From Octopus vulgaris (lineage: Eukaryota): a DNA stretch of 64,000 bases. The translations under genes were made by a program, and so were the position numbers. The notes below the pieces were generated by a model that had not been told where the DNA came from, searched no databases, and was given only the letters and a program-made list of their open reading frames with translations. Each line of letters opens with the position of its first letter. The first letter of the stretch is position 1. Below, one piece after another: positions 13,251 to 25,824 of this stretch. The stretch covers positions 101,618,001 to 101,682,000 of the forward strand of contig OX597822.1 in the NCBI GenBank assembly GCA_951406725.2, in the 5' to 3' direction.

Positions 13251-13744
13251 TATACAGGACAGTGCTACTGTTCTTTATAGCCCCAGGAACACATCTCCTC
13301 CAGCTGAATAACGACACACATTCTGTGCCCGATTAGAATTTGCGAAGGAGGCCATCACTCCCATCTGTAGCCAAATCACTATATGCTTTTCTCGCGACTC
13401 ACTGTTGCTGATCTCGTAAAAGAGAGATATGTTATATTAAATCTGTATATGTTATATTAAATTTAAAATAACATATCTCTCTGTTTTACGAGATTAGCGA
13501 CTGTGAGTCGCTAGAAAAATATATAATAATTTGCGAGTGGAATGAACTTTCATCACTTGCTAGTGATTAACACATGCTCGGTGGGAGGGGAGGTAATCAC
13601 CCAGAAACTTGCGTCCGGGTGTATGACGTAAGGCTAGACATGGGAGCGATGACCTCCCTTGCAAATACTAATCGGACACAGACTGTGTGTCATTAGCCAA
13701 CTGGAGGAGATGTCTTCCTGGTGCTATAAGCACTGTCCTGTATA
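13251..13744. mobile_element. Fold-back / MITE-like element with long imperfect inverted arms
   Basis: tatacaggacagtgct...tatagccccaggaacacatctcctccag pairs with ctggaggagatgtcttcctggtgctataagcactgtcctgtata. Inner arms gcgactcac...ctcgtaaaagagagatatgttat / ataacatatctctctgttttacgag...gtgagtcgc. Confidence 0.8.
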
Positions 13745-13799
13745 TATGTATATATATATGTATACAAACACGCACAAACACACATACATATGTAATTTA

Positions 13800-14580
13800 T
13801 ATATGCAGTGGAATAGCTGCATAGAAAGGGCCACATAGATTAAGGGACAGGCTTGGAAAGATTGGCAAAAGGGGACTACAAAAAGTAACATTAAGTTGCA
13901 AGAAAAGAAGCAACGCAACATTTATATCAAAGAAAGGAAGATGAGCAGAGTAAGAAGTTTATCATTGTTTTAAGACATCAGAAGTGAACATCAGAAGTGT
14001 GGCATATTCTGAATGGCAAGATTGTTTGGGAGAGAAATGAAGACATTATTGATGAAGATTCTGTACGGAATAACAATGATACTCTTGTTATTCATGAAAT
14101 GTAAAGAAAGAAGAGCAGACGTGTTATAATGAGAATTTGTTGGATGAAAAGAATAGAAGGGGGATAAAGAGTGTATCGGAAGTAAACCCAGTTGAGGGGG
14201 CCATCCATCCAAATTTACAGCCGTACAGTGGAGAATGTGATTAAAGATATGAAGGTAGGGAAGGTATCGGATACGAAATACTCATGGGAGTGGGATGCGG
14301 GTTAGTCAGCCCCTAAGTAAATCAACTTGAATAGGAGATTCTTATACCCAGTGACTGATGTGGTAATACCATTTTCAACTGCTATAAAAGGCAAAGGTAA
14401 TGTATTAAAGGAAGAATGCTTGAGGTGTTAAACTGTTGGGGCAAGTTATGAAGGTTACAAAAAGAATTACATCTCATTTGCTTAGAAAGAGAAAATTAAT
14501 GTAGACGTGATTTTTGTTTTTATGGTGAGAATAAATACAACTGATGCTGTCTTCTCAGTGAGTCAAGAGCAGAAATATTC
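13800..14580 (+). mobile_element. Highly decayed RTE-clade LINE ORF2 fragment
   Basis: Broken motifs VENVIKDMKVGK, KGKG, VKLLGQVMKV, TTDAVF appear in the order expected for RTE reverse transcriptases. Confidence 0.6.
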
Positions 14581-14908
14581 TGCCCTATTCCTTGTTTATT
14601 TAGATAATATACATGTTTCTCAGCTCTGTGATCCGTCTGGTTCAAGAATAAGGGTCACAAGAACTAGAGAGTGACAGGAATACTAGCCTCACTCGAACCC
14701 GTATATACATTACATCACAGCTAGAATGCTATGTATTTGAAATCCTACAAAAAGAGATACATCATTCCTCCTTTTCTCCCCAATATTCTAAGTCTCTGTC
14801 ATAACACTAGCGACGAAAATATTTTGGCAAATTAAATTTAAATGTTGAACTGAATCTAACGGCTTTTGTGTGTTTCTTAAATGGCTTATAAACACCTTCC
14901 ACGCTGCA

Positions 14909-14999
<91 letters not shown>

Positions 15000-15009
15000 A
15001 TGTGTGTGG

Positions 15010-15585
15010 TGAGAATTTACAATAAGACAAAAGACAAAGACGGGTGTGTAAACAACAAACAGATGCATTAGTTTCATGCTCGGGAAGTCAGAAAGTCTTC
15101 TTTACGTTTCGAGCCTACGCTCTTCGACAGAAAGGAACACAGAAACAGGGAGAGAAAATAAAAACGTTTAGTGCCTAGCGATCTATCATGGCGAATACCG
15201 GACAGAGGGAAAGCTAGGACGTGGTCAGTGTCTGCAAGGTGGTGTGATATGGAGTGATGTGGTGTAGTATGGTGATGTGTGGTGTGGTGTGGTGGTGGTG
15301 TGGGGTGTAGAGGAGGCGAGAATGGGGAAAGCAAGGGCGGAGTGTGGGCTGAGGTGATGGTGGGGGTAGGGATGCATATATATATCTTAATGTTTCAAAA
15401 TTCTTGATGTAAACATTACATGTATATGTTGTCTTCATCACGTATTTAGAAACTTTGAGAGGTATGAAAGAATGTAACTACACGAGTGCCGATGGCAATA
15501 TATCTTTTATTTCTGGACTGTTCTCTCCCTCCTTCCAACGAAGAGCAATGCTCGAAACGTCAAACTCTTCTTTCACCGAGCATAG
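15010..15585. mobile_element. Non-autonomous Penelope-like unit with two outward-facing mini-hammerhead ends
   Basis: Left end (minus, 15100-15134): cttt-CTGTCGA-a-gagc-gtag-gctc-GAAA-CGTA-aag. Right end (plus, 15533-15565): tt-CCAACGA-a-gagc-aat-gctc-GAAA-CGTC-aaac. Flanking atgctcgg / ccgagcat are also inverted. Confidence 0.6.
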
Positions 15586-15780
15586 AACTACGACTGCTCC
15601 CACTAACACTACCACTACTACAACCACCGTGGTCACTGTTACTACGGCTGCAGTGAGAGAATTAAAATAGTGGAGGTGGGGGCAATTACAATTTCTCAGA
15701 TCCTTATACAGTCACTCCCGCTGGCAGTGGTATATCTTAGGGAAGGAAAAATTTGTAAAAATAATTTTTTTCTCTGCGAA

Positions 15781-16232
15781 CAGATCTGATTTTGATTAGT
15801 CAAAAAATTGATGACGTTTTACCTCAGTAGTCAAGCTTGTCGCCATGCTTGATTGGTTTCCCTACAAGATACAGTTATGGGTCAGGTCTAATTCTGATTC
15901 GTTAAAAAATTGATGACGTTTTTCTTCCGTGGTCAAACTAACCAGGATACAATTATGGGTCAGATCTGACTTTGATTCGCTAAAAAATTGATGACGATTT
16001 TCTTCCGTGGTCAAACTAGCCACCTAACAGGATACAATTATGGGTCAGATCTAATTTTGATTCGCTAAAAAATTGATGACGTTTTTCTTCCGTGGTCAAA
16101 CTAGCCACCTAACAGGATACAATTATGGGTCAGATGTAATTTTGATTCGCTAAAAAATTGATGACGTTTTTCTTCCGTGGTCAAACTTGTCGTTCTGCTT
16201 GGCTGGTTTCCTAAACAGGATACAGTTGGGGG
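15781..16232. repeat. Minisatellite, about 5 units of 78-102 bp
   Basis: Unit starts at 15781, 15883, 15961, 16046, 16131. Core cagatct.attttgattcgctaaaaaattgatgacgtttttcttccgtggtcaaact...caggatacaattatgggt. Confidence 0.9.
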
Positions 16233-16500
16233 TCTTTTCCTTATAATCGTTGAAGCTTGGTTTGATTGGTTTGGAATTATATGACGTCAGTGAACAGTGC
16301 CAGAGACCACAGCTACTACTGACTTAACTGATATAAACCCAACAATCACAAGTTGACCAAAATTACGACAACCAGGAATCACTACAGTTGCTCCCATCGG
16401 AACACAAGGTAAAATCTATAATGATCTCCTGCACTACACTTGACAAATCAGTACGGAACGACTTACACCTTATAATATATATTTTTCGCCTTTTCAAGAA

Positions 16501-16640
16501 CATGGATTCTATTGAATGTATATAACATGGACTCTATTGAATGTATGTAACAATTATGAACTGTTCCATTATACTTTTTATGTATATAGCATGGACTCTA
16601 TTGAATGTATGAAACAATTATGAACTATTCCATTATAATC
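16501..16640. repeat. Short local tandem duplication
   Basis: catggactctattgaatgtat occurs three times, and aacaattatgaact.ttccattata twice. Confidence 0.8.
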
Positions 16641-16769
16641 TTTATTATAAAAAAATTCTTTTTGATAAAGTTCGTTACTTCAAGAACCGAAACATGTAAA
16701 ATTTAAAATTTATCTAATATAGTGGCATTTTCAAACTTCCTTTTTACAAATATATATATACCTATACAC

Positions 16770-16848
<79 letters not shown>

Positions 16849-17504
16849 ATGCATATGCATACGTATATGTATATACATATATATATATGGTGACATACGT
16901 ATGCGTATGTGGCAATGGCAATACGTGTACTAGTACATATTATAGCATATGTAAGTGTGTTTATATGTTTGTGCGCGCGTCTACTACTTATATATGTCTG
17001 AGATACGCTATGAGAAAACTGAATCATGTAAGCTGCATTTAAAACATTTTACGTGAGCTGTATTTAAAACCTTGTCTGTTCTTTTGTAGTTAATCATTAA
17101 TTACTCACCTTTCGGCAACTTATAAGAGTTTAATTGCATACAAAAATCAATGTCACTTAATAATCATTTTACAATTAATCTTAAACGTAACGTGGTGTAT
17201 CGGATGAATCTATCGATCAATGGTTTCAGTGATGATTTGTTAATTGATTTCTATAGAAAACTTGCTTGTCATAAGAGCCACTAAAGATAGAAAGAGTCGA
17301 AGATACCAAGGTAAATTCTCGAGCAAGTTGACGATGAGTGCTCAACCTTTCATAAATGGAGAAAGGCGAAGTCCTTCTGTTGAGTGTTGTAAGTTGTTGC
17401 AAAAACAAACAAAAATTAAGAATAAAATACAACAGCTACAACGACAGCAATAATAAAGATAATAATATTATTAACAGTAATCTATCTATAAATCTTTTAA
17501 CAGC

Positions 17505-17712
17505 AATCTTTCTATTTCAGGCTCGAGACCTGAAATTTGTGGGGAGGGCTTTAGTCTACTACATTGACCTAAGAGCTGGTACTTATTTTTTCGTCCCTTA
17601 AAGGATGGAAAGGTATAGTCGACCTCAGCCAGATTTGAGTTTAATGAAAAGACGGACGAAATGACGCAATGTATTTTGTCCGGCATGTTAATGATTCTGC
17701 CATCTCGCCGCT
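17505..17712 (-). mobile_element. Degenerate SINE family B copy
   Basis: ctggtacttattttttcgtccc..aaggatggaaaggtatagtcgacctcagccagatttgag is the reverse complement of the family B central domain. Confidence 0.7.
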
Positions 17713-18173
17713 TTAACAATAATGATAATAGTGGCTTATCCTTGAAACCAAAGATCAAGTCTTTATAACCGAGAAGTTATAGAAATCCAGTATTTATACC
17801 TCTTATTTTTAGTGTAGAATTAAAATATATTGCATGAAATCGTGTGTATATATGTTAGAAAGTACGACTAGTTGTGCATGTGAACATGTTCTCGAACACA
17901 TGATGTGTGATATTTAAATAATCTATATAGGAAATAGACTTTTTGTACGGGTACGTTAAGCGTTGTTATAATGAATAATTCTAATTCCTATGAAATCTGT
18001 TCATATGATGTGGTATATTTTGCGGCATTATTTTTCTCTGAAACAAAGAGAAGTCGTAAACATTCACATCATTTTGAAAATAATAAGAAATTGAAAGAAA
18101 GTATGAAATTAAAAAATAACATAGAATTATCTTCTGCAATAAAAGATATCCTGAGATGAAAGAATATATGCCA

Positions 18174-18236
<63 letters not shown>

Positions 18237-18439
18237 GTATATACACAAACAAGAAGGAAAGCTTTATAACAAAATATAATATGTATCAACTCTTTTAAAT
18301 GTTTTACAGAAAAGTCGCCGTAAATTAATTTGCTCCCATGAAATTTTATAGTATTTATAGAGAAGTTTTCTAACAGTTATCAGTGGTGAATGTGATAACA
18401 TTGCTCAATAAATATATACTTAAGTGTGTGTTCGTGGGT

Positions 18440-18860
<421 letters not shown>

Positions 18861-19752
18861 ATGGATGTATATATATATAATTATGCGCAATATTACATTT
18901 ATAAATCATTTCGACACAAAACTCCACAGCGACAAAAGATTCATTTCGTCCCCCATCAGAAATAATATATAATAATATATTATATGTATTCCATTAGAAA
19001 AACAATATATTCCAAAGCGAAAATGCGCGCCAGTTAAAAGGTTCTTTCTCATAAAAATACTGTACCATATATCAACTTAAGCCCGATATACAATTAGGTA
19101 AATATATGCTACTGTTCATAATTCGGATTTTTTTTTTTAATGCAGCTCTTATCGTTTTATTTATTTATTGTGACATATAATAAATCGACGTTTTTTCAGC
19201 AATAAGTTCGATGAGAAAATTATTGATGGGGAACAGGGAGTAGATTTGGCAACAGAGAAAGATAAAGGATATATGTTTGGCAATGATAAAGATAACATCT
19301 TAAATGTATTGCAGAGCGAACTACTTCATTTCTAATATTCGCGTTGTAACTGAAACTGTAGAATATCTATGAAGTAAAACATATTTGCTAAAATATACAA
19401 ATATTCTTCTTAATTCTTCGATCACCATACTTATCTCTCCAGGAGGCTTTCTCGTAGCTATCATTCATGCATTAAAGTTCAATCATTTTATATTTTTGTT
19501 TACCTGTAAATAAATATGAGAATTTTCTTGTACAATTAACTCCAGTACCCCGCTGTCTGTCAATATATAACTTTATTAGTAATTTTTTCATTACTCTATG
19601 TATGTATGTATGTATGTATGTAAGTACAAAAAAATATAACAAGAGCAACTGTTATACAGTAGCAGGAACTGATAGACATAACAGCCAGTGCATGCCTATT
19701 TGTGTATATATACATGTATACATAAATACAAATGTATATATATATATATGAA

Positions 19753-19818
<66 letters not shown>

Positions 19819-19861
19819 ATATATATATATGTTTATATATACGCGTGTGTATGTATATATG

Positions 19862-19944
<83 letters not shown>

Positions 19945-20001
19945 TGTACATATATATATAACAGCCAGTGCATGTCTATTTGTATACATACATACATACA
20001 A

Positions 20002-20083
<82 letters not shown>

Positions 20084-20159
20084 ATTTATCGTGGTATTTG
20101 AAATATTTTTTATTGTTAAAACAAATTTTCATCATACCATTTCTCTGTCTCTAAATATT

Positions 20160-20359
20160 GTGGAAGTCATTTATCCTCAGCCGACTGGACTACTACTCTC
20201 AGCTATGGTCACCTTATACTACAAGGATGATAGCAGAGCTTGAAGCAGTCCAACGACATTACGCAAAGAAAATTGCATCAATGGAACGACTGAGCTACTG
20301 AGACAGATTGAAAGAGCTACGACTCTATTTCATGGAACGAAGGCGGGAGAGGTATGCAA

Positions 20360-20402
<43 letters not shown>

Positions 20403-20635
20403 ATACTTGAAGAACTGGTACCAAACATGAACTTGACCTCTGGTTCAGTGAGATCCCGGATGAGCCAATATATAGGCAGGCAACTCAAAAGAAGGCAGTA
20501 ACATCGAACTCAAAACTCAATCCGTCACCAAAAGCCACTCCGACAAAAGTGGAGAGTGGAAAGATGACCACAACGGAGGTGCTCCAGCATAGCCACAGTC
20601 ATTTGACTGAAACATATTAAAGAATAACAGAATGT
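20160..20635 (+). mobile_element. Diverged fragment of the CR1/L2-group LINE family seen at 1-1210, with 3' tail
   Basis: tcctcagccgactggactac...cttgaagcagtccaacga...gagaggtatgcaatgata aligns to about 590-830. Tail ggaggtgctccagcatagccacagtcatttgactgaaac near 20576-20612. Confidence 0.8.
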
Positions 20636-20686
20636 ATATATATATATATATATATACATACATACATACATATATATTTATATATT

Positions 20687-20752
<66 letters not shown>

Positions 20753-20753
<1 letters not shown>

Positions 20754-20908
20754 CTATATATATATAAAACTCTAGTTGTGTGAGTGTCTGTCCCCTTCGA
20801 TTTAGATTCCTAACTCCTCCCACATTTTGCGGTGCAGTTTAACCAAATTCGGGTATCTTATAGTCGTGATTCATATCGAGCCCGTCTGACTATTAGCGCG
20901 CGTCAACG
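20753..20908 (+). mobile_element. Helitron-like non-autonomous element, 5' part, cut by assembly gap
   Basis: Starts TC inside (TA)n and is closely similar to 42375-42525. Confidence 0.75.
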
Positions 20909-21008
20909 NNNNNNNNNNNNNNNNNNNNNNNNNNNNNNNNNNNNNNNNNNNNNNNNNNNNNNNNNNNNNNNNNNNNNNNNNNNNNNNNNNNNNNNNNNNN
21001 NNNNNNNN
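20909..21008. other. Assembly gap (100 N)
   Basis: Run of N. Confidence 1.
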
Positions 21009-21129
21009 TCGTGGAGCTTTTTAGGTGTTTTCGCTCAATAAACACTCACAACGCCCGGTCTGGGAATCGAAACCGCGATCCTACGACCGCGAGTCCGCTG
21101 CCCTAACCACTGGGCCATTGCGCCCCCAC
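21009..21129 (-). mobile_element. SINE family C1, 5' part, cut by gap
   Basis: Closely similar to 6543-6662. Confidence 0.85.
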
Positions 21130-21770
21130 TCGTAATGATGTATTCACATATTCAATGACTATGTCGCGTTTGGTTCATGTCTATAAGAAATTCGAGGTTT
21201 CCGTGATTTAATTGAGCGCTTTACCTTTTGTAGCAGTTTGTGTGGGTAGATGTGTACTTATTAGTTCTACAGTTTGGAATAATAGCGTATTCATGTTTCC
21301 GATATTAATTAGTACTAGTTCAGATATTTTGACATTTCCTCATATAAGGCTTCTTTGATGAAGGAAAATATAACGTCACGTTTCAAAAGAGATTCCATTT
21401 AAGTGAAAATATATCACCGACATGGCAGGATAGTTAATCATTAAATAATTTTAAATACCGAGAAGACAATTTTGCTGTCACAAGATGACTCTTATCCGTT
21501 GCCGACTTCTACAAAATACGTCAGCAACGATTCACTGCTGTGCTTTCAATGAAAGGATTACACCGAGAAAGACTTGAATATTCATAGAGCTAAGTACGGT
21601 TTTGTTCGAAACTAAAACAAGAAGAAATCTCTTTAGAAAATATCAGAAATTATATAATAAAAGTAAAGAAACGCGAAAACATTTGCTTCTTCAGTGTGGT
21701 GTATAACACACACAATCACGCTATGCATTATACATGCATACATACATACATGCATACATACATACATACA

Positions 21771-21849
<79 letters not shown>

Positions 21850-21850
<1 letters not shown>

Positions 21851-21973
21851 ATCCAAACAAGAAAGCACACAAAAAAACACAACAACGCGAGGACGTGGAA
21901 CAAATATAGTATTATTGGACGCTCAGGAAAGAAGGAGGGTTTAACGTTTCGAGCGGAGCTCTTCGTCGGAAAC

Positions 21974-21975
<2 letters not shown>
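21850..21975 (-). mobile_element. Penelope-type pLTR end with mini-hammerhead variant
   Basis: Reverse complement of 21939-21973: gttt-CCGACGA-a-gagc-tcc-gctc-GAAA-CGTT-aaac, with perfect stems I and II and ACGT stem III. Flank aacgcgaggacgtggaacaa is shared with 38820-38840. Confidence 0.65.
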
Positions 21976-22019
<44 letters not shown>

Positions 22020-22024
22020 ATATA

Positions 22025-22418
22025 TTCTTTTAATTGTTTCCGTCATTTGACTGCGGCCATGCAGGAGTACCGCCTTTTGTCGAGCAAATCGATCCCAGGA
22101 CTTATGCTTTTGTAAGCCTAGTACTTATTCTATCGGTCTATTTTGCCGAACCGCTAAGTTACGGGGACTTAAACGTAACAGCATCCGTTGTCAAGCGATG
22201 TTGGCGGGACAAACATAGACACAAAAACATATACACACATACATATATACATATATACGACGGGCTTCTTTTAGTTTCCGTTTATCAAATCCACTCACAA
22301 GGCTTGGGTAGGCCAGAGGCTAGAGTAGAAGAAACTTGCCACGGTGCCATGCAATGGGACTGAAGCTGTAACCATGTGGCTGGTAAGCAAGCTACTTACC
22401 ACACGGCCCCACCTGCGC
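22025..22418 (-). mobile_element. SINE family A, full length
   Basis: Homologous end to end with 58296-58782. Confidence 0.88.
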
Positions 22419-22559
22419 ATATATATATATAGTGTACTGTTCCGTGATAGTAAGATCAACCATAAAAGTTCTCCATCTGGCGAGGGATACATATTATTTA
22501 ATAAACAGAATATATGTTTTTATGTACTACTATTCGTTTCATATGGTGTAAGCATGGCG

Positions 22560-23095
22560 GATAGTATTTTTAACACGTCTCGTATCCTAGAATAATTTTC
22601 AGACACAGGCAACATGGCATACCAAACTAAAAGTAAGACGATAGGATGAGGAAAAAAAACGAGAAACGGCGGAAGAAAATATATATCAAAGACGGAAGGT
22701 TGAAAAACCGGAAACGAAAGCAGAAAGAGGCAATTCGAGTTATTTCCTCTGAGGCCCTAAATTATAAGGCTGAAAGGATAGTAGCATAGAGTTCGTGGTA
22801 CTTTTGTTCTAATTCGTCAACAGGAACTTAGCAATATACTTACACCCGCTGAGAACTTCGAATCTAGAATTTAGCAGTGTGTTAGAGTTCTTGCATCTGA
22901 GATGAATCTCAGTTCTTACAGCTACGCATAGGTTACAGCCTTTTGTCCGTTAACGTATGGTGTGAATTTTTGGATTATTTTCCATTTTATCGCACGTGGT
23001 GCGACTTTCAACTTCAAACGCCATACGTAGCTAGCCAACTTAGTGACGTTTCTTTTGTCCCTGTGTCGGAAGGAAGATATGCGATTAGCATAGCG
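22560..23095 (-). mobile_element. Penelope-like element C-terminal endonuclease fragment plus 3' UTR
   Basis: SSFRHRDKRNVTKLASYVWRLK...IKWKIIQKFTPYVNG and NTLLNSRFEVLSGCKYIAKF match PLE C-termini. A decayed hammerhead (CTGAAAA...gatac-GAGA-CGTGTT) lies at about 22570-22605. Confidence 0.8.
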
Positions 23096-23567
23096 ATTGA
23101 TACACACACGCACGCACACACACGCACCCGCACACAAACACACACACATACACATATATATACGTACATTTTCCTCCTCAGTATGTGTATGTATACATTA
23201 CATTTACGTATATTTAAATTGTTATGAAGCACAAAACTTATTGGTTGTGTTGGTAACAGTATATTTTCAAAAGTTTAGTGCTATCCTAAGGCAATATACA
23301 TACGTGCGTGTGACCTGTGTGTGTGTGAGTGCAGGTGTTTGTATATGGTGTGGTGCCCGTCTGTATGTCATACACGACAACAGACGAAACCAAGATCAAT
23401 ATTGTCTTAAATAGTGAAAAACGACGCACATATCGTATTATCAATAGTTTGGTCGATTATGAATATAGTTTATTTAAAAATAAAAATCATAGACGTGCCA
23501 CCCCTCACGCTTAATCAAAGTGATACAAAGTAAATGGCATAATCTACCATTATTAATGCCCAAAATA

Positions 23568-23726
23568 AGGCTTCTTTCAGTCTCCGTCTACCAAATCCAC
23601 CCACATGGCTTTGGTAGGCCCGAGGCTATAGTAGAAAACACTTGCGCCAGGTGCCACGCAGTGCGACTGAACCCGGAACCATGTGGTTGGTAAGCAAGCT
23701 ACTTACCACACAGCCACTCCTGCGCT
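23568..23726 (-). mobile_element. SINE family A, 5' half
   Basis: Matches the tRNA/CORE-like head of family A. Confidence 0.85.
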
Positions 23727-23799
23727 TGTATATATGCAAATATATGTAGAATTGTACATATATGTATGTATATATATATATATATAAATATATATATAG

Positions 23800-23965
23800 T
23801 GAGAGAGAGAGAGGGAGAGAGAGAGAGAGAGACAAAATGAGAGAGAGAGAGACAAAATGAGAGAGAGAGAGAGAGACAAAATGAGAGAGAGAGAGAGAGA
23901 CAAAATGAGAGAGAGAGAGACAAAATGAGAGAGAGAGAGAGCAAAGAGAGAGAGAGGGAGAGAAC
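23800..23965. repeat. (GA)n with periodic caaaat interruptions (higher-order repeat)
   Basis: Five gacaaaatgaga units separated by (GA)n. Confidence 0.9.
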
Positions 23966-24375
23966 AGAAAAGAGCAAAAGATCAGATTGTCAGAAGGTTC
24001 TAATTTCCTAACGGCCGTTTCTACCAGGAGGCAACGAAATTCTCCATGCCATCTCCATCTCCTCTGCGTTCAGTAGGGATGGTCAAATAAAGTTTGGATG
24101 ATGAATGTGCCTCTAGGCTTCTTCAGAGGGTCTAAGTGGTTGGGAGAGTTAACAATAGGTACAATGTGTTTGACTTCTTAAAAGAGCAGAAAAGGATTAG
24201 GAGCAAAAATGAGGATGTTAGTGTAGCACAACTTAGTAAAATTATTTGGGTATAGAAAGGGGAATAAGCTAGAGACTTCCGGTGTTGTATTCCAAGATCC
24301 ATGTTATTTCGTCCAATTGTGGATGGTCGAAAATAGTTTTTCTCATTTTTTAATCCTCTCCATTTTCTTATTTTG

Positions 24376-24427
<52 letters not shown>

Positions 24428-24429
<2 letters not shown>

Positions 24430-24586
24430 GACAGGCTTCTTTCAGTTTCTATCTACCAAATCCACTCGCAAGATTTTGGTCAGCCCGAGTCAATAGCAGA
24501 AGATACGTCCCAAAGGTGCCACGCAGCGGGACTGAACTCGGAACCGTGTGGTTGGGAAGCAAGCTCCTTACCATACACACAGCCAT
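24428..24586 (-). mobile_element. SINE family A, 5' half, between (TA)n runs
   Basis: Matches the family A head. Confidence 0.8.
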
Positions 24587-24632
<46 letters not shown>

Positions 24633-25824
24633 TGTAATCAATAAATCAATATTGTACTAGCAAATATTTATTTTAAGAAATATATTTTGCTGTTTTTTTT
24701 TTCAATAATCTACAAAGTGTTTGATCTTCAAAAGCGTTTCTAAATTAAGAAATATGAATTACTTAAAAATGATTTTCTAATATTTGTTAGTAATTAAATA
24801 AAAATATTTTATTGATATCTCACTTGTATACGCATAACTCGCTTTTAATAATATTCTTAAAATCTCCAGTAATCCTTGTTGAACTGTTACTGTATCTTGA
24901 TAGTAAGAGTAAGTTATAACGAAATTTACATAAAATCGCATAAATAACAATTGTCAAATAATTCAAATTGGAACTCTAGCCTGGTTAGCTTTCTTACGTA
25001 AATATTTTGTTAACTCATTTTTATATGGGAACAAGCGTTTTCAGCTTAGCACAGAGGAGCCCTGATCAGCTTTGAACGCCGTATCTGGCGATCAAGTAAA
25101 GCTTCTTTTCAGATAACATATTGCCGTTCTACGTTTGCATGTATGTATTATGAATGTTGTAGACACCAGAATTTTAATCTAATAGTATTCCAAGCGCGTA
25201 TGTTCATGAGGTCTTTTTATTGGACGTAACTGAAACAATTTCAATACTGTTTATACTTAATGATTCTAAAATACTATTCTATTGCACTCAGTGTGTAGTC
25301 AGTTCCATTTCAGAACATCAGAATTAAATGCAAAATATTCCATATTGTAGCAACATTACCATTCACTTCAGAGGCTTACACATATCATATTTAATTGTTT
25401 CTACTTTTGTATTTGTGATGTTCAATTTATAATTTCATTCTAGTAGGCCCATACAAACACCTCCGTAGATAACATTAACCGTAGTATGAATTCAAGATTC
25501 ACTATTAAAACTGTAACTCGAATTAATATTTTTGTAAGACGTCTTTTAAAAAAAATTCGAATTCTTTACATCAGGGTGTCCCAACATGACCGCAGCTTTT
25601 AAGCTGAAACGAATAAAAGAGTAACGAAACTGATGACAAACAAATAGAAATATATTACATTCTTTAAACTTTACTATGATTACATCTGTCAGCAACCACG
25701 CCCTGTACTCAACTTCCTTCAAGCATTCTGAAGATTTATATTCATGGATAAGAACTTCTAAGTTAATAGAAATATTAAAATTTCTAAGTCTCTCTAAAGG
25801 AGACTACGGCAGCGGTACTGGATA

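Noticed and set aside
15781-16232. CRISPR-like repeat-spacer appearance
   Set aside because: The variable segments are related or identical to each other, units are 78-102 bp, there are no cas genes, and the context is eukaryotic.
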